A stretch of DNA of 63,835 bases, filler included, from Bigelowiella natans CCMP2755 (taxonomy: Eukaryota; Protista; Cercozoa): NCBI GenBank assembly GCA_000320545.1. It is 8 parts of 8 records of this genome, joined end to end, with 100 filler letters (N's around TTAATTAATTAA, not from the genome) between each part and the next. Parts side by side here need not be neighbours in the genome. Positions count along the whole stretch, not along the records: positions 61,583 to 63,835 come from ADNK01000084.1; 7 more parts are not named here. One strand, given 5' to 3'. Made by a program: the position numbers and the translations under genes. Under the pieces are notes generated by a model that ran no database searches, had not been told where the DNA came from, and was given only the letters and a program-made list of their open reading frames with translations. Positions within the stretch are counted from its first letter, which is position 1, and every line of letters starts with the position of its first letter. Positions 63,291-63,835 of this stretch are shown here, piece by piece.

Positions 63291-63835
63291 GTACCGTCGA
63301 GTCATCTATATCCCGCCATATGCACACGCGTGTAAACACACACACACACACACACACGCACGCACATATACCCATACGCTGAGAATCATCGTCCTCGCTG
63401 CTAGGTGGTTGCCATCATCGTGCCGGCAAAAGGAGGCAGAATCGAAGAAGATGAATAAGAAGGTGCTGTCTCCTGCTCGACTCAGAGATGATGATGATGA
63501 TGATGATGATGGTGATGATGGTGATGACAAACGGGAAAATATACATCGTCCTCGCCCTTCCTCTTTCTCTCAATATTATATGTGTGCTCGCTAATACCCA
63601 TGTGTTCTGTGTGCATGTGTGCGCAAGCGCGTGTTTGTGCGTGTGTGCATTTCATGAAAAGTAGGCCCTTAAAATTTACATTGGCAACTTTAATCTCGTA
63701 CCATATCCCTATGTACCCCACCCAGAGGAGGGACAGTCTGCCTTGGAAAAAAAGATCTTTTGAGAAGCCCTTCCAAAAGAAAGGGGGGGGAAGCCCCCCC
63801 CTGGTCGGCACTTTTGGAGTATCCCCCACCGGAGG

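Overview
Intron-rich eukaryotic nuclear DNA (standard code, GT-AG introns loaded with microsatellites and G/C homopolymers) with seven 100-bp assembly gaps. A signal-peptide-plus-transit-like leader and the overall style suggest a chlorarachniophyte such as Bigelowiella, which is an inference. By manual splicing I reconstructed: a MYND-finger USP deubiquitinase, DDX56/DBP9 helicase, an NlpC/P60-like cysteine hydrolase, a MICAL-type flavin monooxygenase with a signal peptide, a small probably plastid-targeted protein, a ~10 kb mucin/Cys-repeat/multi-TM/PH-like receptor gene, a GFG-filter cyclic-nucleotide-binding-domain K+ channel, glutaminyl-tRNA synthetase, a GH16 protein with a degenerate catalytic motif, intronless DCP2, a Zn(II)2Cys6 transcription factor, and an AMP-binding enzyme resembling carboxylic acid reductase or long-chain acyl-CoA synthetase. 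The most unusual signals are (1) sharply bounded repeat tracts almost free of TpA, rich in TG/CA, retaining CpG and sparing CTAG, which looks like a repeat-targeted TA->CA/TG hypermutation opposite in direction to fungal RIP, and (2) a secretory-pathway MICAL-like enzyme sitting between two such tracts. All exon models were built by eye, and no database searches were run.
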